Origin: Eledone cirrhosa
Lineage: Eukaryota
Length of the DNA stretch: 64,000 nucleotides
Assembly: GCA_964016885.1 (NCBI GenBank)
Contig: OZ024745.1
Span: 134,354,001-134,418,000, forward strand
Direction: 5' to 3'
Shown: positions 13,093 through 27,542 of the stretch, one piece after another
Numbering within the stretch: the stretch's first letter is position 1
Layout: the number at the start of each line of letters is the position of its first letter
The notes under the pieces: model-generated
Databases searched by the model: none
What the model saw: only the letters and a program-made list of their open reading frames with translations
What the model was told of the DNA's origin: nothing
Made by a program: the position numbers and the translations under genes

Positions 13093-14225
13093 TATGACAG
13101 TAAAGAAGAACAGATAGAGACATTCAATATTGAAGAGCATTGAAAGTTCTTAAAAAATAAACTACTAAGGGCAACAAACGAGATTTGTGGTTGGAGCAAG
13201 GGAGAAGAAAAGTGACTTGGTGGTGAAACAATAAGGTAGATGAGGCAATTAAGGCTAATAAACAGGCATGGAAACAATGGAAGAACGGTACACTATATAG
13301 AGGCCAGGAGGGAAGCTAGACAACAAGTATACTTAGCGAGAAGGGAAGAGGAGGATAAAAAATTCAAGCATGTTTTGCAGCGTGAGGACCAGAAACATGA
13401 GGTGTTCAGGATTGTGAGGCAGTGTGTTAGAGAGAATTGTGATGTCATTGGTGAGAAGTATGTCTGGAATGATAAAGTGGAGCAGGTGTGGAGAAGAAAG
13501 ATGCGTGGAAGAGCCATTATATAAGATTACTGAATGAGGAGAATGCATGGGAGAGAGTGGACCCGATAGAGGGTCCAGCTGTACAAGTCAACAGCAGTGT
13601 AGTAAGTAAGGTAATTAAGGATATGAAGACTGGGATGGTAACTAGTCCATCAGGAAAAGTTGCCGAGATGCTGAAAGCATCTGGGTTGATAGGTCACACC
13701 ATAACCACACATATTGTTAACCAGGTAATACTAGAGGGTGTCATACCAAAAGATTGGCACAACAGCATCATTGTCAACTGCTACAAGGAAAAAGGAGATG
13801 CACTAGATAGAGGAAACTATAGAGGTATAAAGCTGATGGACCAGGTCATGAAAGTAACAGAAAGAGTTATAGCACAGTTGATTAGGGACCAGATAAATCT
13901 AGATGAGATACAGTTTGGATTTGTACCAGGAAAAGGCACCACAGATGTCCTCTTCCTTGTGAGGCAGTTACAGGAAAAGTACCTAGCTAAAAGTAAGCTG
14001 CTCTACCTGGCCTTTGTTGATTTGGAGAAAGCTTTTGACAGAGTGCCCTGTGCTATAATCTGGTGGGCTCTTAGAAAACTAGGAGTAGATGAGTGGATTG
14101 TGAATGCCATACAAGCCATGTATAGGGAGCAGTCAGCAAAGTTAGGACTAACAATGACTATAGCAAGGAATTTAGCATACAGGTCGGTGTTCACCTAGGC
14201 TTTGTTCTCAGCCCTCTCCTGTTGG
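13093..14225 (+). mobile_element. RTE LINE fragment (RT)
   Basis: GNYRGIKL, QFGFVPGKGTTD and AFVDLEKAFDRVP motifs. Confidence 0.93.
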
Positions 14226-14439
14226 CAATCAATGTTTATCATTGACCAACAGTTAAAAAATATAAATATAGATATAGTTACACAAGCACTACCACTTTAC
14301 AGAGTGGACTGAGTGCATTGTATTATGGCACTAGAGAGGCTATTACATGCCAGGGGCCAGATGGAAGAGTCCTCTCAGTGTTATTACTAGTGGACAGGTC
14401 TTTTCTATTATGGCATATCACCAATCAGCTTAGTGTCAG

Positions 14440-15150
14440 ATTGTTTCTTGAGGTAATTCTTCACAATGTTGTCTCCTGTCTACCTTAGTTTCTTCCACTT
14501 TCCATACATATCACATGCTCGTACCAGCACAATAATCTCTCTTGCATGCTATATTCCTCTTATACTCAACTTTTTTCTCAGTTCACTTCTGTGATGTTCA
14601 TGAACACTAACATTACACATCCAGTAAAACATGCATGCCTCATTTCTTTTTAGCCACTACAGATCAAGATTCAAAGCCATATCTTGCTGCCATACATCAT
14701 ATATTTCTGCGAGAAAAGCTCTGTTACCAGCAGCAATAACAGCTCCCCAAACTTCTTCCACCCTGTTCTCACTTTAGCTATAACACTTTCGGTACATCCA
14801 TTTCCACTACTAATGAGATCACCCAGATAGCTTCCAATAAGTCATCTGAACATTTGAGAGAATTTATTTCTAGAGTACTCTTACTGTTGACTGCTGTGCG
14901 TATCAGCCACTTACATAATCTCCTCTCTCTGTCAAACTACCTGTAATTCCACTAATACTTAGTTTGTTCAGTCTACATTGGGTATGCCTCTCTATTCCTT
15001 TACACATTAAGCACTACTGTTTTCCTGATAGTAGCAAGGCTTTTCCTACTCACTACAATTTTAGTCTTTGCTAAGTATACTTGGAGGCACTTTGATTCCT
15101 GATTTTGTTTCCTTATCTGGAACTGATCTAGTTCTTGTAGTGTTTCAGTT
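14440..15150 (-). mobile_element. Old degraded RTE LINE fragment
   Basis: Reverse-strand similarity to the YLGD...RVRTGWKKF region of the younger copies. Confidence 0.7.
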
Positions 15151-15958
15151 GTGTATGTGTATATCGTTTATGGAAATGAATCACAATATATAGGGTACCT
15201 TCGTGTGGAATGATAAATATTCCATCTGGTTGAGCAAGATTTGTAAAATCATCAAACCAATGTTAACATAAAAATATATCTTCTTCACCCACTTATTCCT
15301 GAGAAGGCTGTGGGTGCAGAGTCCTCAGACACTCCTTCCAGTAGGTCCTGTCAGAAACAACAGTCTCCAACTGATCTGGCTGGACCCCCAAGCGAGACTA
15401 ACCAAGCTCATGGATGTTATCCAACCATCTTACTCAGGGTCTACACCTGGGTCTCCTGCCGGTTGGTTTTAATTTCAATAAAATTAATATATGAAATTAA
15501 AACAATGTGTAAACATTATCCTCAATCAAGCAGCTCCCACCATATTGACAGAGTTGAATAGGTTTGTAATATAGCATATTTCCCAGTAGTACCATCCTAG
15601 TGGTAAGGGTGTTGGATGATCCTAATGTCATGGGTTTAATTCCTGGGTTGGATTGTGGGGTATGTGTTGTGTGATTAGAAAACACTTCATTTCACATTGC
15701 TTCAGTATACTCTGCTGAAAATGAGTACCAACAATAGTTGGTGGGATTTAACCCTGTGATGGAATGGCATCCTGACAAAGGGGAAGTCTTGAACTCTCAG
15801 TCACTTCACACCACGAAACCGGGATAAACACCAGCCTGACAAACCTCCTGGCTTGAGACAAACTTTAGAAAAGAGAAAAAACAACAAAACAAACCATCCG
15901 CCACCGATAGTGATGGAAGGCTCAACAAGGTAGGCCAAAATAAATAAAATGTATTTAC

Positions 15959-16113
15959 CCTATAGTTCAGGTTATTCATTTTCACAATATGAATATTGCA
16001 GTTGTTTAAATCTAAAGTCAGTAACTTATCCATGGTAATACTCTGAAGACAGTCCAATAATCTCTTTTTTTCTTTAGTCACACCAATTTTGCTTCCAATA
16101 GCTTCAGCTAAAG
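15959..16113 (-). CDS. DCLRE1A: DCLRE1A exon 7 (ALAEAIGSKIGVTKEKKRLLDCL...IHIVKMNNLNYR)
   Basis: Beta-CASP segment with AG/GTAAAT borders. Phase 1-0 fits both neighbours. Confidence 0.93.
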
Positions 16114-16366
16114 CTATAGGGATAGACATAAAATATAATCAGCCACAATAACAATTTAGTAATATTGACCTACTCAACAACACAATCTATATACAAAATA
16201 CTGTTTCAAACATGATACTTCTTCACTACCATCTGCCTTCTCTCTCTCTCGCTTGTTAACAAATCTTAATATAATAAATCAAGTGAAACTCCATTCAGCT
16301 CCTGGGAGTATGATAAATAGAATCAATGACTGCAGAGTTATCCATCTATAATTCTTAAACTCTTAA

Positions 16367-16598
16367 CCCTTTCATGACCACATTTCTAATGAAATTCACT
16401 ATTTTAATTAATCATTGAAGAATTTTGAGGGATTTACTAACAGTATTAATTATTTCATTACTAAGATAGTAACTTAATGTAAGGTTCTTATATAAAAAAT
16501 TATGTTGGAAGATTTTAATTGAAATTGTAAACTTTTAAAATGGGTGGTTTTATTTCATAGAACCAGAGCTGGTTTTGGCTGGGTTGGTAACTAAAGGA
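16367..16598. mobile_element. piggyBac-like MITE, family B
   Basis: TTAA-flanked CCCTTT...AAAGGA termini. Copies near 8430-8618 and, inverted, near 18855-19205. Confidence 0.75.
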
Positions 16599-18641
16599 TT
16601 AAAACAACTAACCCAGCACATACAGAATTATCATAACTGAAAAGTCCAATACACCTAAAATGAGAACATTACTGTAATACATAGAAATCAAACAGATTTA
16701 TATCTGTAGTATATATGCCTATTATTGTATGCTAATCTGCTGGATTAATACTAGTTTCTTAAAGTCAACAACTTTCATGAACCTCTTCAATGAGTAGCAC
16801 AAGGTATTCTGAATTAATAATAGTCAGAGAACATATCACAGGATACATCTTGTTCGCCCATTTATTCCTGAGAGGGTCGTGGGGGCAGAGTCCTCAAACA
16901 CTCCTTCCAGTGGGTCTTTTCAGAAGAAACTGTTCCCAACTGATCCTCCTGGATCTCCAAGGAAGACCAGCCAGGCTCATGGATGTTATCCAACCATCTT
17001 GCTCGGAGTCTACCCCTGAGTCTCCTGCCGGTTAATTTTGCCCATAAAATTTATCCAGCAATTCTTTCCAGAGACATTCTAACCACATGTCTGTAGTATC
17101 AGAGCTGTGATCTCTCCAATCTCTCCAGTGATGCTTTCCAGAGACATTCTAACCACATGTCCATAGTATAGGAGCTGTAAGGTATGAAAAGTACACCATA
17201 TTTAATCATTTTTTTTTACACGTGCCCTTTTTTGTAACAATTATGGCTATGTGATTAAGAAGTTCACTTCACAAACACATAGTTTTCAGTTTGATCCCAC
17301 TTGCATAGTACCTTCAGCAAGTGTTTTCTACCAGAACCCAGGTTTGAGCAATACCTTGTAAATGAAATTGTGTAAAAACCATCATATATGTCTATATATA
17401 TATATATTCAAAAGATGATATTCTTCATACAAAGTCCTTTGTATCAAGTTATAGGCATCCCTTTTCACTCATAATGTCAAAAATACAATGACCCTGTGGT
17501 CAGCACACACTCTCAGGTCTCAAATAATCGTCCACCTCTTCGCCTAGTCATTTTTTAGATTTTTTCCAACCCCTCCCACTTATTAAATTTTGCAAATTTA
17601 TCCCTGGCAAAATTTTATTTTAATTTTCTTTAGACATTATACATGACAAAAAAATGACATTACTAGAAATTTCATTCCTTATAAAATAAATTCAACGGGT
17701 TATAATGTGAACTAAACAACTAATTCTGGTTTTTTAAAAACCAATGGAGATAACCTACAAAAATTACTAGTTAAAATGTCTCAGGAAAGAATCGCTGCAC
17801 AGATTTTATGGGAAAAACCAACCAGCAGGAGACCCCAAGAAAGATGGTTGGATAACTTCCATGTGCTTGGCTGGTCTTCTTTTGGGATCCAACCAGATCA
17901 GTTTGAGACAACTGCATCTGACAGGACTCACTGGAAGAAGTGTTTGAGGACTGCCCCCACAACCCTATTAGGAATAAGTGGGCTGAATGAAGCAGTGTTT
18001 TATAGCTGGATACATTTCCTGATGCCAATCCTTTTAGTTGGCTCTTACAACAATCTATTTAGTTCTAAAATGAATACCATGAAGAGATGTAGGTCACTGT
18101 TATAATAAGTGGAGCCACTGTATAACTGATGGCTATTTCTTTGGTTTTCAAAATACAGGATCAAATTCCTTAATGCCGCGAGTGTTAGAGAAGTTGTCAT
18201 ATATTTGACCAAACTAGAGAGTACTCTTTACTCAATATTGTCTGTTGACTAATCACCTCACATTACTAGAGAGGCTCTCAGATAGTCGACATGTATGGAG
18301 GGTTCTCTCTACTCCATACTACTATGATCATTCTGGAGAGGCTAAAAGGGACCATTCACTACAATTACTTTTAGCATCACAGTATTTGTACTGGTGGGCA
18401 GGTCTTTTGCATTATGGCATATTACCAGTCAGCTTGGTCCCTTGTCCAAATGATCTGGTCCCTTTCACAAATGATCTGGTATCTGTTCTTAAGAACTAAA
18501 ATGAAACAATAATAAATGAAGTGACCTGCCTAGAATCACCTGCAGTGAATTAGAACTCTCAAACTAGGAACTGGAAATCTAATACTTTATACACTCACAT
18601 ATTCTGGTTCAAATTTATAAAATGAATAATAGTAAAATTAC

Positions 18642-18787
18642 CAATGAAAACTTTCTCTTTCCCAATTGTGTAAGTCCCAACAACAATCAAAGTATGCGGA
18701 TTTTTTATGAGAAAGGACTTCACCAGTGAAACACAGAAATTCAATACTTCCTGTTGTCCAGGAAAGACATATTGAGGATCACAGTAC
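18642..18787 (-). CDS. DCLRE1A: DCLRE1A exon 6 (YCDPQYVFPGQQEV...VGTYTIGKEKVF)
   Basis: YCDPxYxFP and GTYxIGKEK motifs. AG/GTAATT borders, phase 2-1. Confidence 0.97.
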
Positions 18788-20137
18788 CTAGAAATATTGA
18801 ATTTGGAAAAAAAAAAAAAAATTATTAAAACTTCTGATTCTATAAAATAAAACTAGCCATTTTAAAGGTTTCCAATTTAAATTAAAATCTTCCAACATAA
18901 TTTTTTATATAAGAACCTTACATTTAGTTACTATCTTAGTAATTGGATCCACAATCTTGAGGTTCTGAGTTCAATTCCTGGACAGGCAATGCGTTATTTC
19001 CTTGAGCAAGACACTTTATTTCACATTGCTTCTACCTGGAGTTATGACCGATAAATAGTATTACCAACTGGGAAGACCAACGGAAACATTGTTTCCTCAG
19101 TCCAATTTGATTTTTAGTAATGAAATAATTAATCATTTTAGTAAATCCCTCAAAATTCTTAATTAATTAATTAAAATAAAGAATATTTCATTGGAAATGA
19201 AAAGGTTAAAGAATGGCAGAATGTGTAGCATGCCAGTCTTAAAATTCTGTGATACTCAGTTATGTCTTTTTAGATTCTAAGTTAAAATTACTTTCATCTC
19301 TCTCATCATCATTTTTATGTCCGCTTTTCCACGCTTGCATGGGTTGGACCACAATTTCTGGGAGTTGTGTTTGTTGTACTGTTCAGATTTTGGCAAATTT
19401 TTTGGATGGATGCCCTTCCTATAACCAACCACATTAGTGTTAACTGAGTGCATTATTCATGCCACTAGCAATAGAGAGGTTGTCTTACTGAACTCGAGTC
19501 CTCTCCCTCCTGTGTTAGTTTTCATTTGGAGTGTATGCTCTCCTAGACAAGTTGCCTTCACTATGGTTTACGGAGCCCACGTCTACTCTGTACAGTACTC
19601 CTTAATCAGAGTTACAGTCTTCTAAGACGGGCTGCCTTCACTACAGCTTCCAGAGCCCATGCCTACCCTGTGAAGTAGTCTAATCAGAGTTTCTGTCCTC
19701 CTAGAAAGCTGAATATAACATGTAATGTGCAGGAAAGAAAACTGCATATAGATGATGATGGTTGGATGAAGAAATGCCAAGAAATCTCAGTGGAAGGAAG
19801 CTGCAACAGAGGGAGACCAAGGAAGACCTGGACAGAGGTTGTGAGAACTGATCTCAAATCACTGAAGCTAACATGGGAGATGTTGCAGGAGTGCATTTAG
19901 TGGAAGGATGCTATGCTGGAAAAGTCTTGTTTAACCCATACAAGCATAGAAAAGCAGATGTAAAACTGATAATGGATCTTGGCTTGAGTTCTTCTGATAC
20001 ACATTTATATTAGATTAAGATAGCTTCTTCACTTTATAAATTTGATATTAAAAACTAAAAGATAAAAAAAAAAAAAAGCAGGAATAGATGTTTTGTCTGA
20101 GTTTTGTGGCTGTGTATTCAGCCCATATCTTACTTAC

Positions 20138-20290
20138 GTTGTATCCAAATATAATTGATTAATTTCGACATTCTTCAAGGCATCATATTTTTCCATTAGT
20201 GAATCAGCTCTGAAGTCTCCTGTATGCAAAACAGTTTTCTTCCTACCTTGATCTGAGTACTTGAAAAGAATTAAAACAGATCCTGGACAA
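20138..20290 (-). CDS. DCLRE1A: DCLRE1A exon 5 (CPGSVLILF...LHTGDFRA...LYLDTT)
   Basis: HTGDFR and LYLDTT motifs are diagnostic of the SNM1/PSO2 family. Phase 2-2. Confidence 0.97.
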
Positions 20291-22459
20291 CTTGAAATAC
20301 AGAAAAAAAAGAGAGACAATAAAACAATCTTTTTATCATTTAATTTATGTTCAAGTTCTCTTGTATCAGAAATACAGGGTAAGTATAAAGTCTTTCCCTG
20401 ATAGTAAAATACCATATCTCAGATACTATTTAAGATTTTACTTTTTCCTTGTTTTAATTCATAAATTTCAAGTTTCAAGTTTTTCTGAACATGTTTTACA
20501 TTTTCTCTTCTATAGGAAGAAGTTGTAATTTTCAGTAACAAAATGGCACCTATGAAATAAAAAGCTGTCTTTTGTCGTTTCAAACACTTCATGCTCACCC
20601 TGTATTATTGTTGTTGGCAGGTATTAGATCAAAAGCATTTCAGCATCCAACACCTAGTTTTTTTTTTTTTATTGTCATAATATATCTAGAAATATATGTC
20701 CCATCTTAGTAGGTTATGGTATCAGGAAGATTTAGTTGTTTTTTTCTGACAAGTTGAGCAATTATGTAGAGGTGCCTTTGTTGAGGAGTAGTTTGACATT
20801 TTGAACGTTAGCAGTTGGAAAGAAAAAATGGTTGGAAGATAGCCTCTTTCTCATTCCAGTCTTGCAAACACTGCCTTTCTATGCCTGACTAAACAGTAAA
20901 CAACAGCTATGTAGAATTAAGTGTACTAACTAAATACATTTTAAAATGCCTGCAGTAGATACATGAGCTCTGAAATCTTAAAGTTAAGTATTTACCTCAA
21001 GTTTCATTGCATTAAATAAATGATCAACAAATCTTCATCTGGAGAGAACATTAGTCAGCATTTGGTAATCAGAAGGGAGGAAGATGTAAAAGCGCAACTC
21101 ACTAAATTCAATTAGGTATTGTGCCAACCCTTGCCTATGGTCATGAAACTTGGGTAATGACTGAAGGGTCTTTAGAGTAACGTTACTTGATAGAGTGCAT
21201 ACCTTGGAGATCAGAGTCACTCCAGATAGAGCCACTACTTCTCCGAATTGAGAGATCCAATACTATGGGCATGTGGTTAGAATGTCTCAGGAAAGAATCG
21301 CTGAGCAGAATCACTGGAGCAAAACCAACCGGTAGGAAACCCAGGGGTAGAACCTGAGCAAGATGGTTGGATAACACCCATGAGCTTGGCTGGTCGCGCT
21401 TGGGGATCCTGCCAGATCAGTTGGAGATGGTTATATCCGACAGGACTCGCTGGAAGGAGTGTTTGAGTACTCTAGCCCCCACAACCCTCTCAGGAATAAG
21501 TGGAGAAGAAGGGAACATTCCTAGGTGATCTGGTAACAGTACCAGAACTGCTAGGTAAACAGTTGAGATAAAAATTAGTATACTACTCTGAGTTTTTTGT
21601 TATTTTACTGTTAGTATTTTCCGATGTTTCAAGAAGTGAAATGATCCATCAGGATCACGTTTTTTAAAAAGGTTCCATGTTCTTCCTACCACTAACTTTT
21701 GAAATATTAGTCGTGAAAAGTGAGTTAATTATCTTGCTCAGATGTACAAAATGACAGCAATAAGAGGAAAATGTATCACCATGTGGTTAGTAGTCCTGCA
21801 CCTTAATCCTTTCATTACCATATTTCTAATGAGATACATATTACCATATTTCTGCCTGTGTTTGCAAATAACCAAAAATTAAAGAAATTTAATAAAACAA
21901 TCAAGTCTTTCATTAGTAAGCTGATATTTAGAACATTACTTTTAAAATGAGCAGTTTTGTATCACAAGTCTAGGCCAGTTTAAAGCTGTTTGGAATCCAA
22001 AGAGTTAACCTCACTACAATTCTGCCTCACAAAATAGACAATGTAAGTCTTCCTGCAGTGGGTACTCAATACTTATTAGCCAGAATATCAATGTGATACC
22101 CAGTAAACAATTTCACAACTGTTTAAATTGGCAGAGTTGCCAATTTCAGAGAAGTTATTGCAGTAACTGTAGAAAGGATAGAGAGAAGACATAAGCTTTA
22201 AAATGTGGAAATGGAGAACAGTACATGGCAGTTTTTATTATAAAATTGGAATTGAATTTCAGTTAATATTTTAAGCCAAGTGTTTAATGCAATGAAATAT
22301 AAGTTGCAAGTTCAATTCTATTCCAACCCTTCATCATCCTCACGTAGCCTGGCTGAGGGCACTGGCACCCAAGTTTTAAAATGTGGTAGAGTTGGTTACA
22401 CAATAAATTGTGCTCAGCTTACACTGGAATGTGGAAGCATTGGTGTCACAATGAAATAC

Positions 22460-22740
22460 ATCCAACCTAATCTGTAAAGTGATAGTACTGGTGCCATGAT
22501 AAAATGCACTCAGCCCAATCTGTAAAGTGGTAGTACTGGTGCCATGATAAAATGCACTCAGCCCAATCTGTTAAGTGGTAGTGCTGGCCCCATGATAAAA
22601 TGTGCCCGGTTTACACTGTAAAATAGTAGTGCTAATGCCATGCAAAAAGCAGCCAGTTCACCCAGTCAGATGGTAGTGGTGCCACAAGAAAATGAAACTG
22701 GTACATGCTGTGAAGTGGCTGACATTAGGAAAGGCATCCA
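22460..22740. repeat. ~48-bp degenerate tandem repeat derived from a retroelement 3' region
   Basis: Unit ~cccaatctgtaaagtggtagtactggtgccatgataaaatgcactcag. A similar array lies near 52040-52210. Confidence 0.75.
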
Positions 22741-22872
22741 ACCATGGAAACCATGCCAAAATGAAACATATGAACAACACATCTAACCCCTGCAAATATG
22801 GAAAGTCAACGTAAAGCGATGATGATAATGATGATAGTGATTACTAAGAAAAATAGAGCACTCAATACTTAC

Positions 22873-22991
22873 TGATTGGCATCCATCAGAGTGACCTCAG
22901 TAGATTCTATAACAACTGGACAATATAAAGGTAGAGGGTGAATGAATTGATTAGAAACCCCTATCTTCAGCTTCACCAAATTAGCAGTAAC
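22873..22991 (-). CDS. DCLRE1A: DCLRE1A exon 4 (VTANLVKLKIGVSNQFIHPLPLYCPVVIESTEVTLMDANH)
   Basis: DANH(CPG) motif split across the intron. AG/GTAAGT borders, phase 0-2. Confidence 0.96.
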
Positions 22992-23917
22992 CTAAAATAG
23001 AAGAAACTAATACATTTTAACCTTTAGCATTTAAGCCAACTGTATCCAGCCAGAATTTCCTCATCTCTTTCTGTTCAAACCGGCCGTAACTGGCCACTCA
23101 TACTGACGTTAAGGTATTGTTCTCAAAATAAATATCAAAATCTTGTAGATTTAATATTACCATGAAAATATAGAGTAATGTAAATGGTAATGGGTTAAGC
23201 TACTGGTTTTCTCATAGGTTCCTTCTTTTCTACAAAACATTACTAGAAATCTTATTTAAATGTTATAAGATAACCCATGCTAGCGTGGAAGATGGACGTT
23301 AAACGATGGTGATGATGATGATGATAAGATAGGTTGGAGGGTCTCAATATGTAAACTAAAAAACTAATTCTGGTTTTTCAAAAAAAATCAACAAAGACAA
23401 CCTAGAAAAATTATTGCTTTTCCACCCCCATTATTTAAACACTACCTAGGTTGACTTTGCCTTTCATCCTTACGGGGTCGATAAAATAAAGTACCAGTAA
23501 TGCACTGGGTGATTGCTGGCCTTGTGCCTAAAGTAGAAACAATTATTTAAACACTACCTTGTTCTTGAAGTTATTGTCAAAGTTGTGTGACTGAACCTCT
23601 ACATGATCACTCAACCTGTTAGAAATAACAGCTAAATCTTCCACAAATCACATCCTACCATTTTTAATTAAAGGACACAATAGACAATATAATCTTGAAG
23701 TAAAAGTGAAATGATCAAAGCTGGAATGGCTTTGACCAGAGGTTTGCTGGGAGCTTAACGTCTACACTCGGGTCTCCAATAATCATCCAACCCTCCCCAG
23801 CCCCCCACCCCCCACCCATTATTTGGGACCCGAAAGTAGTCAGTTAAGCAGTTGAGAAAGGAGCAAATTCATATCATGCTTTTGCCTCTCACTGTCAAAT
23901 GGTGTGTATGTCCATAC

Positions 23918-25845
23918 ATCATCATCACCGTTTTACGTCCGTTCTTCCATGCTAGCATGGGTTAGACGTGTTGTCCTGTTGTGGGCAATGTCTGGTCGGC
24001 TGACCATGCCTTGCTCATACAGGAACTGATTTTGGCTTGATTTCTACAGCTGGATGCCCTTCCTAACACCAACCTCATTTACAGTGAGTGCTGGGTGCTT
24101 TTTCCGTGGCGCCTACACGTCCACTTTACAGTGTGGGCTGGGTGCTTTTTTGCTGTGGCACCTCCACGACCACCTTGCAGTGGGAGGGAGCTGGGGCATA
24201 TTGTCTATATGCTTCAGCTTGTACCCATGGGAGGTCGGGTACTCTGTATTACTGTGTGACGCCAGAGGTCACGGTCGTGTGCCATTGCCTTTGAGAGGTG
24301 TAATTGGGTAAGGTCGGCTTTTATCACCTCATCCCAGGTCATCTTGGGTCTCCCCACTCCGCGGTCTCCATTGACTTCTAGTGCTCTGCACCTTTTTATG
24401 CAGCTGTCATCCTTCATACGCATCACATGTCCATACCAATGCAACCGCCTCTCCTGCACACTGCATTTGATTCCTCTTATGCTCAGTCTCCCTCTCAATT
24501 CATTTATGCTTTGTCGTTCACGTATATTACTATTACACATCCATCAGAGCATGCAGGCTTCGTTTCTTTCTAATCTACGTAAGTCTTCCACCTTCAGCGC
24601 CCAGGTCTCCCTACCATGTAACATTGCTGTTCGGATACACGCATCATACAGTCTGCCTTTCATTTTGAGGGAGAAGCCTTTTGCAGCTAGCAGTGGCAGT
24701 AGTTCCCTGAATTTCTTCCATCCCGTTCTTACCCTAGTTATTGTACTTTCTGAACACCCACCTCCGCTGCTAATTTGGTCACCTAGGTAGCAGAAGCTGT
24801 CTACTGTTTCTACAGAGCCTTCCCAGAGATTGGTGGTACTTGTTTGCTGCTTGCTGTCCCAGCACAGCTGCTGCATGTGAAGCCTACATTCTTAATTAAG
24901 CTTCCTGTGATCCCGCTACATCTCTTGTATACCCATTGTTTGCATTTGGGGCAGAGAATGGAGTTCCTACCTACACCTTTCCTACATACTGAGCAAGGCC
25001 ATTTCCCTGAGGGGATCTGTTTTCTCGTCTACTTACAAGGACCTTAGTCTTTGTCATGTTGACTTTGAGACCCTTTCTTTCTAGTCCCTGCTTCCAAGTT
25101 TGGAATTTCTTCTCTAGTTCTACCATAGATTCAAGCTATAAGTGCGAGGTCATCAGCATACAGGAGTTCCCATGGGCATCCGGTCTTAAACTCCTCCGTT
25201 ATTGCCTGCAGGACTATGATGAACAGGAGAGGGCTAAGAACAGAGGCCTGGTGGACACCAACCTGTAAATTCCTCGCTATACTCATTGCTAATCCTAACT
25301 TTGCTGACTGCTCCCTATACATGGCTTGTACAGCTTTCACAAGCCATTCATCTACTCCTAGTTTTCTAAGAGCCCACCAGATTACAGCACGTGGAACTCT
25401 GTCAAAGGCTTTCTCGAGATCGACGAATGCCAGGTAGAGTGGCTTACTTTTAGCTAGGTACTTTTCCTGTAACTGCCTCACAAGGAAGAGGGTATCAGTG
25501 GTGCCCCTTCCTGGTACAAACCCAAATTGCATCTCATCTATTTTCACCCGGTCCCTAATCAACTGTGCTATAACTCTTTCTGTTACTTTCATGACCTGGT
25601 CCATCAGCTTTATACCTCTATAGTTTCCTCTATCTAGTGCATCACCTTTACCTTTGTAGCAGTTGACAATGATGCTACTGCACCAATCTTTTGGTATGAC
25701 ACTTTCTAGTAGTACCTGGTTAACACTACGTGTGGTTATAGTGTGACCTACAGACCCAGATGCCTTCAGCATCTCGGCAGCTATACCCGATGGACCGGTT
25801 GCCTTCCCCATCTTCATATCTTCGAGTGCCTTGTCCAATATTCCA
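23918..25845 (-). mobile_element. 5'-truncated RTE LINE with RT, C-terminus, 3'UTR and (GAT)n tail
   Basis: LLYADDL, FCYLGD, RRLHWYGHV and GRPKMTW motifs. Confidence 0.95.
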
Positions 25846-27408
25846 CTGACTTTATCCTAGTTTGGAGATGGGGAACCTACAGCCTTAAGGCTACATACAG
25901 CCTTTTGAAAGAATAAAAAATTTCCAACAAGTTTTTAATTTTTATTAATGTTTTCATCTATCTCTTATAAATTTAAACCATAAGATGAATTTTCTTTTAC
26001 TCTTTGGTATTCAAAATATGTTCAACGAAATAATCCAAAGACAGCCAGAAATTTAAAAATTAGTAGATCATATATAATTATGGTTTCTTGAATGCAGCAT
26101 TATTATATTACAAGTAACTTAATGCGGCCTTTCAACAAGAAAAGATTCCCCAATTCTGTCCTAGATGCTTTTAAATTAGGAAAACTGTATCCTAAATTTA
26201 ATAAAACATCTGATTGTCAGGTTTCACTCTATAGTGGATCTATCATTTACAGCAGTTAGACCAATATTTTACATATATCCATTGCACTACTACAATATAT
26301 AGAGCCATTTAACCACTCATAATCATAAATATCCATCAATGGGTGATAAGCTCTGCAGAGAACAGGGGGCAAATACAATGCCATAGCAAGGGATTTGGTG
26401 ATGACAAACAGGTATGACCAGGATATTTTCCACTCCATATCTGCACCTTGGAGTGACTTCCTCATTACATCCCCTGCTGTTATGCCTCATCATTGTCTAA
26501 GCCAAATTGGGATCCTCTATGTGGTTACTTGCTAGAAATACAGCCAAACCTACTTCAAATAACATCCATCTTAGAAAGAAAATACATATTGAATAATGTA
26601 GATTTAGCTGGGACAGTCATAGCTGGAACGTCTTTGATCATGTTTCTTCAAGGTTTTGACACAGTTAAATAACCATGTGTCAAGGAGGAATTACAGTCAA
26701 CATTTTTGTATTTGTGTTAGGAAGAGCATCCAGCCACAGAAAAGCAAACCAAAAATAGAATGTATGACCTGCCTGGCTTCGTAACATGATGGCTTGTCTA
26801 ATCCATGGAAAATAGATGTTAAAGTGATGATGATGATGATGATTCCCAATAATAGTAGCAAGTTTTTTTGTTTTTTTCCTTCTTTACTGGAGACTTTGTC
26901 TGAATGCTTGCAAATGACACTGCTTAAAGTACTCAATAGCTCGGTGATGGTGTACAACTGGGTAACAAAGTGAAATAACTATAAATGGGATTTACCCTAT
27001 TTCCTGTCATCAAAGATGCTTCACCCTCGAGGATGCACCCCAATTTTGACAATAAACATTTGAAAAACAATAATTAACATAAAAATAACGTCCGAGCACT
27101 TCAGGTCTTGTTACCTAATTTTTTATAATATTTTGTTTATTTACTTCTTTAACTAAGTATAATTTATACACTTCATTGAGTGGTCATATACAGGAGTTCA
27201 GATTACTGTCTAGCAGAGATAATTTTCCTCTGGGGTAAAGATATTCCTATGAGAAACACAACTTTCAGCCTCCAGGATACATGGTAAATTTTGGAGACTT
27301 ATTTTAGGAAAAAAATAGTATCTTAGATGCCGGGAAATACAGTAAACTAGGCTTAAGAGCGTTAGAAGAGAAAATATTTTGGTAAAATATAACAACAGAG
27401 TTTCTTAC

Positions 27409-27542
27409 TTCACTACAATAAAGTGGTTGAGAGAAGTGTTTCGTTAAGCCTTGGTAGTGATCATAATGGAAATGGGTGAGAAAATATGCACAGCATTCTG
27501 GAATGACTCCATACTTGAATGCATCAACAGTGATGCATGTAC
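27409..27542 (-). CDS. DCLRE1A: DCLRE1A exon 3 ([44 protein letters not shown])
   Basis: Manual translation shows VDAF and the HxHxDH metallo-beta-lactamase motif. AG/GTAAG borders, phase 1-0. Confidence 0.97.

Noticed and set aside
27457-27474. HFHYDH instead of human HFHSDH in the active site
   Set aside because: The variable position is not a metal ligand, and the HxHxDH motif is intact.
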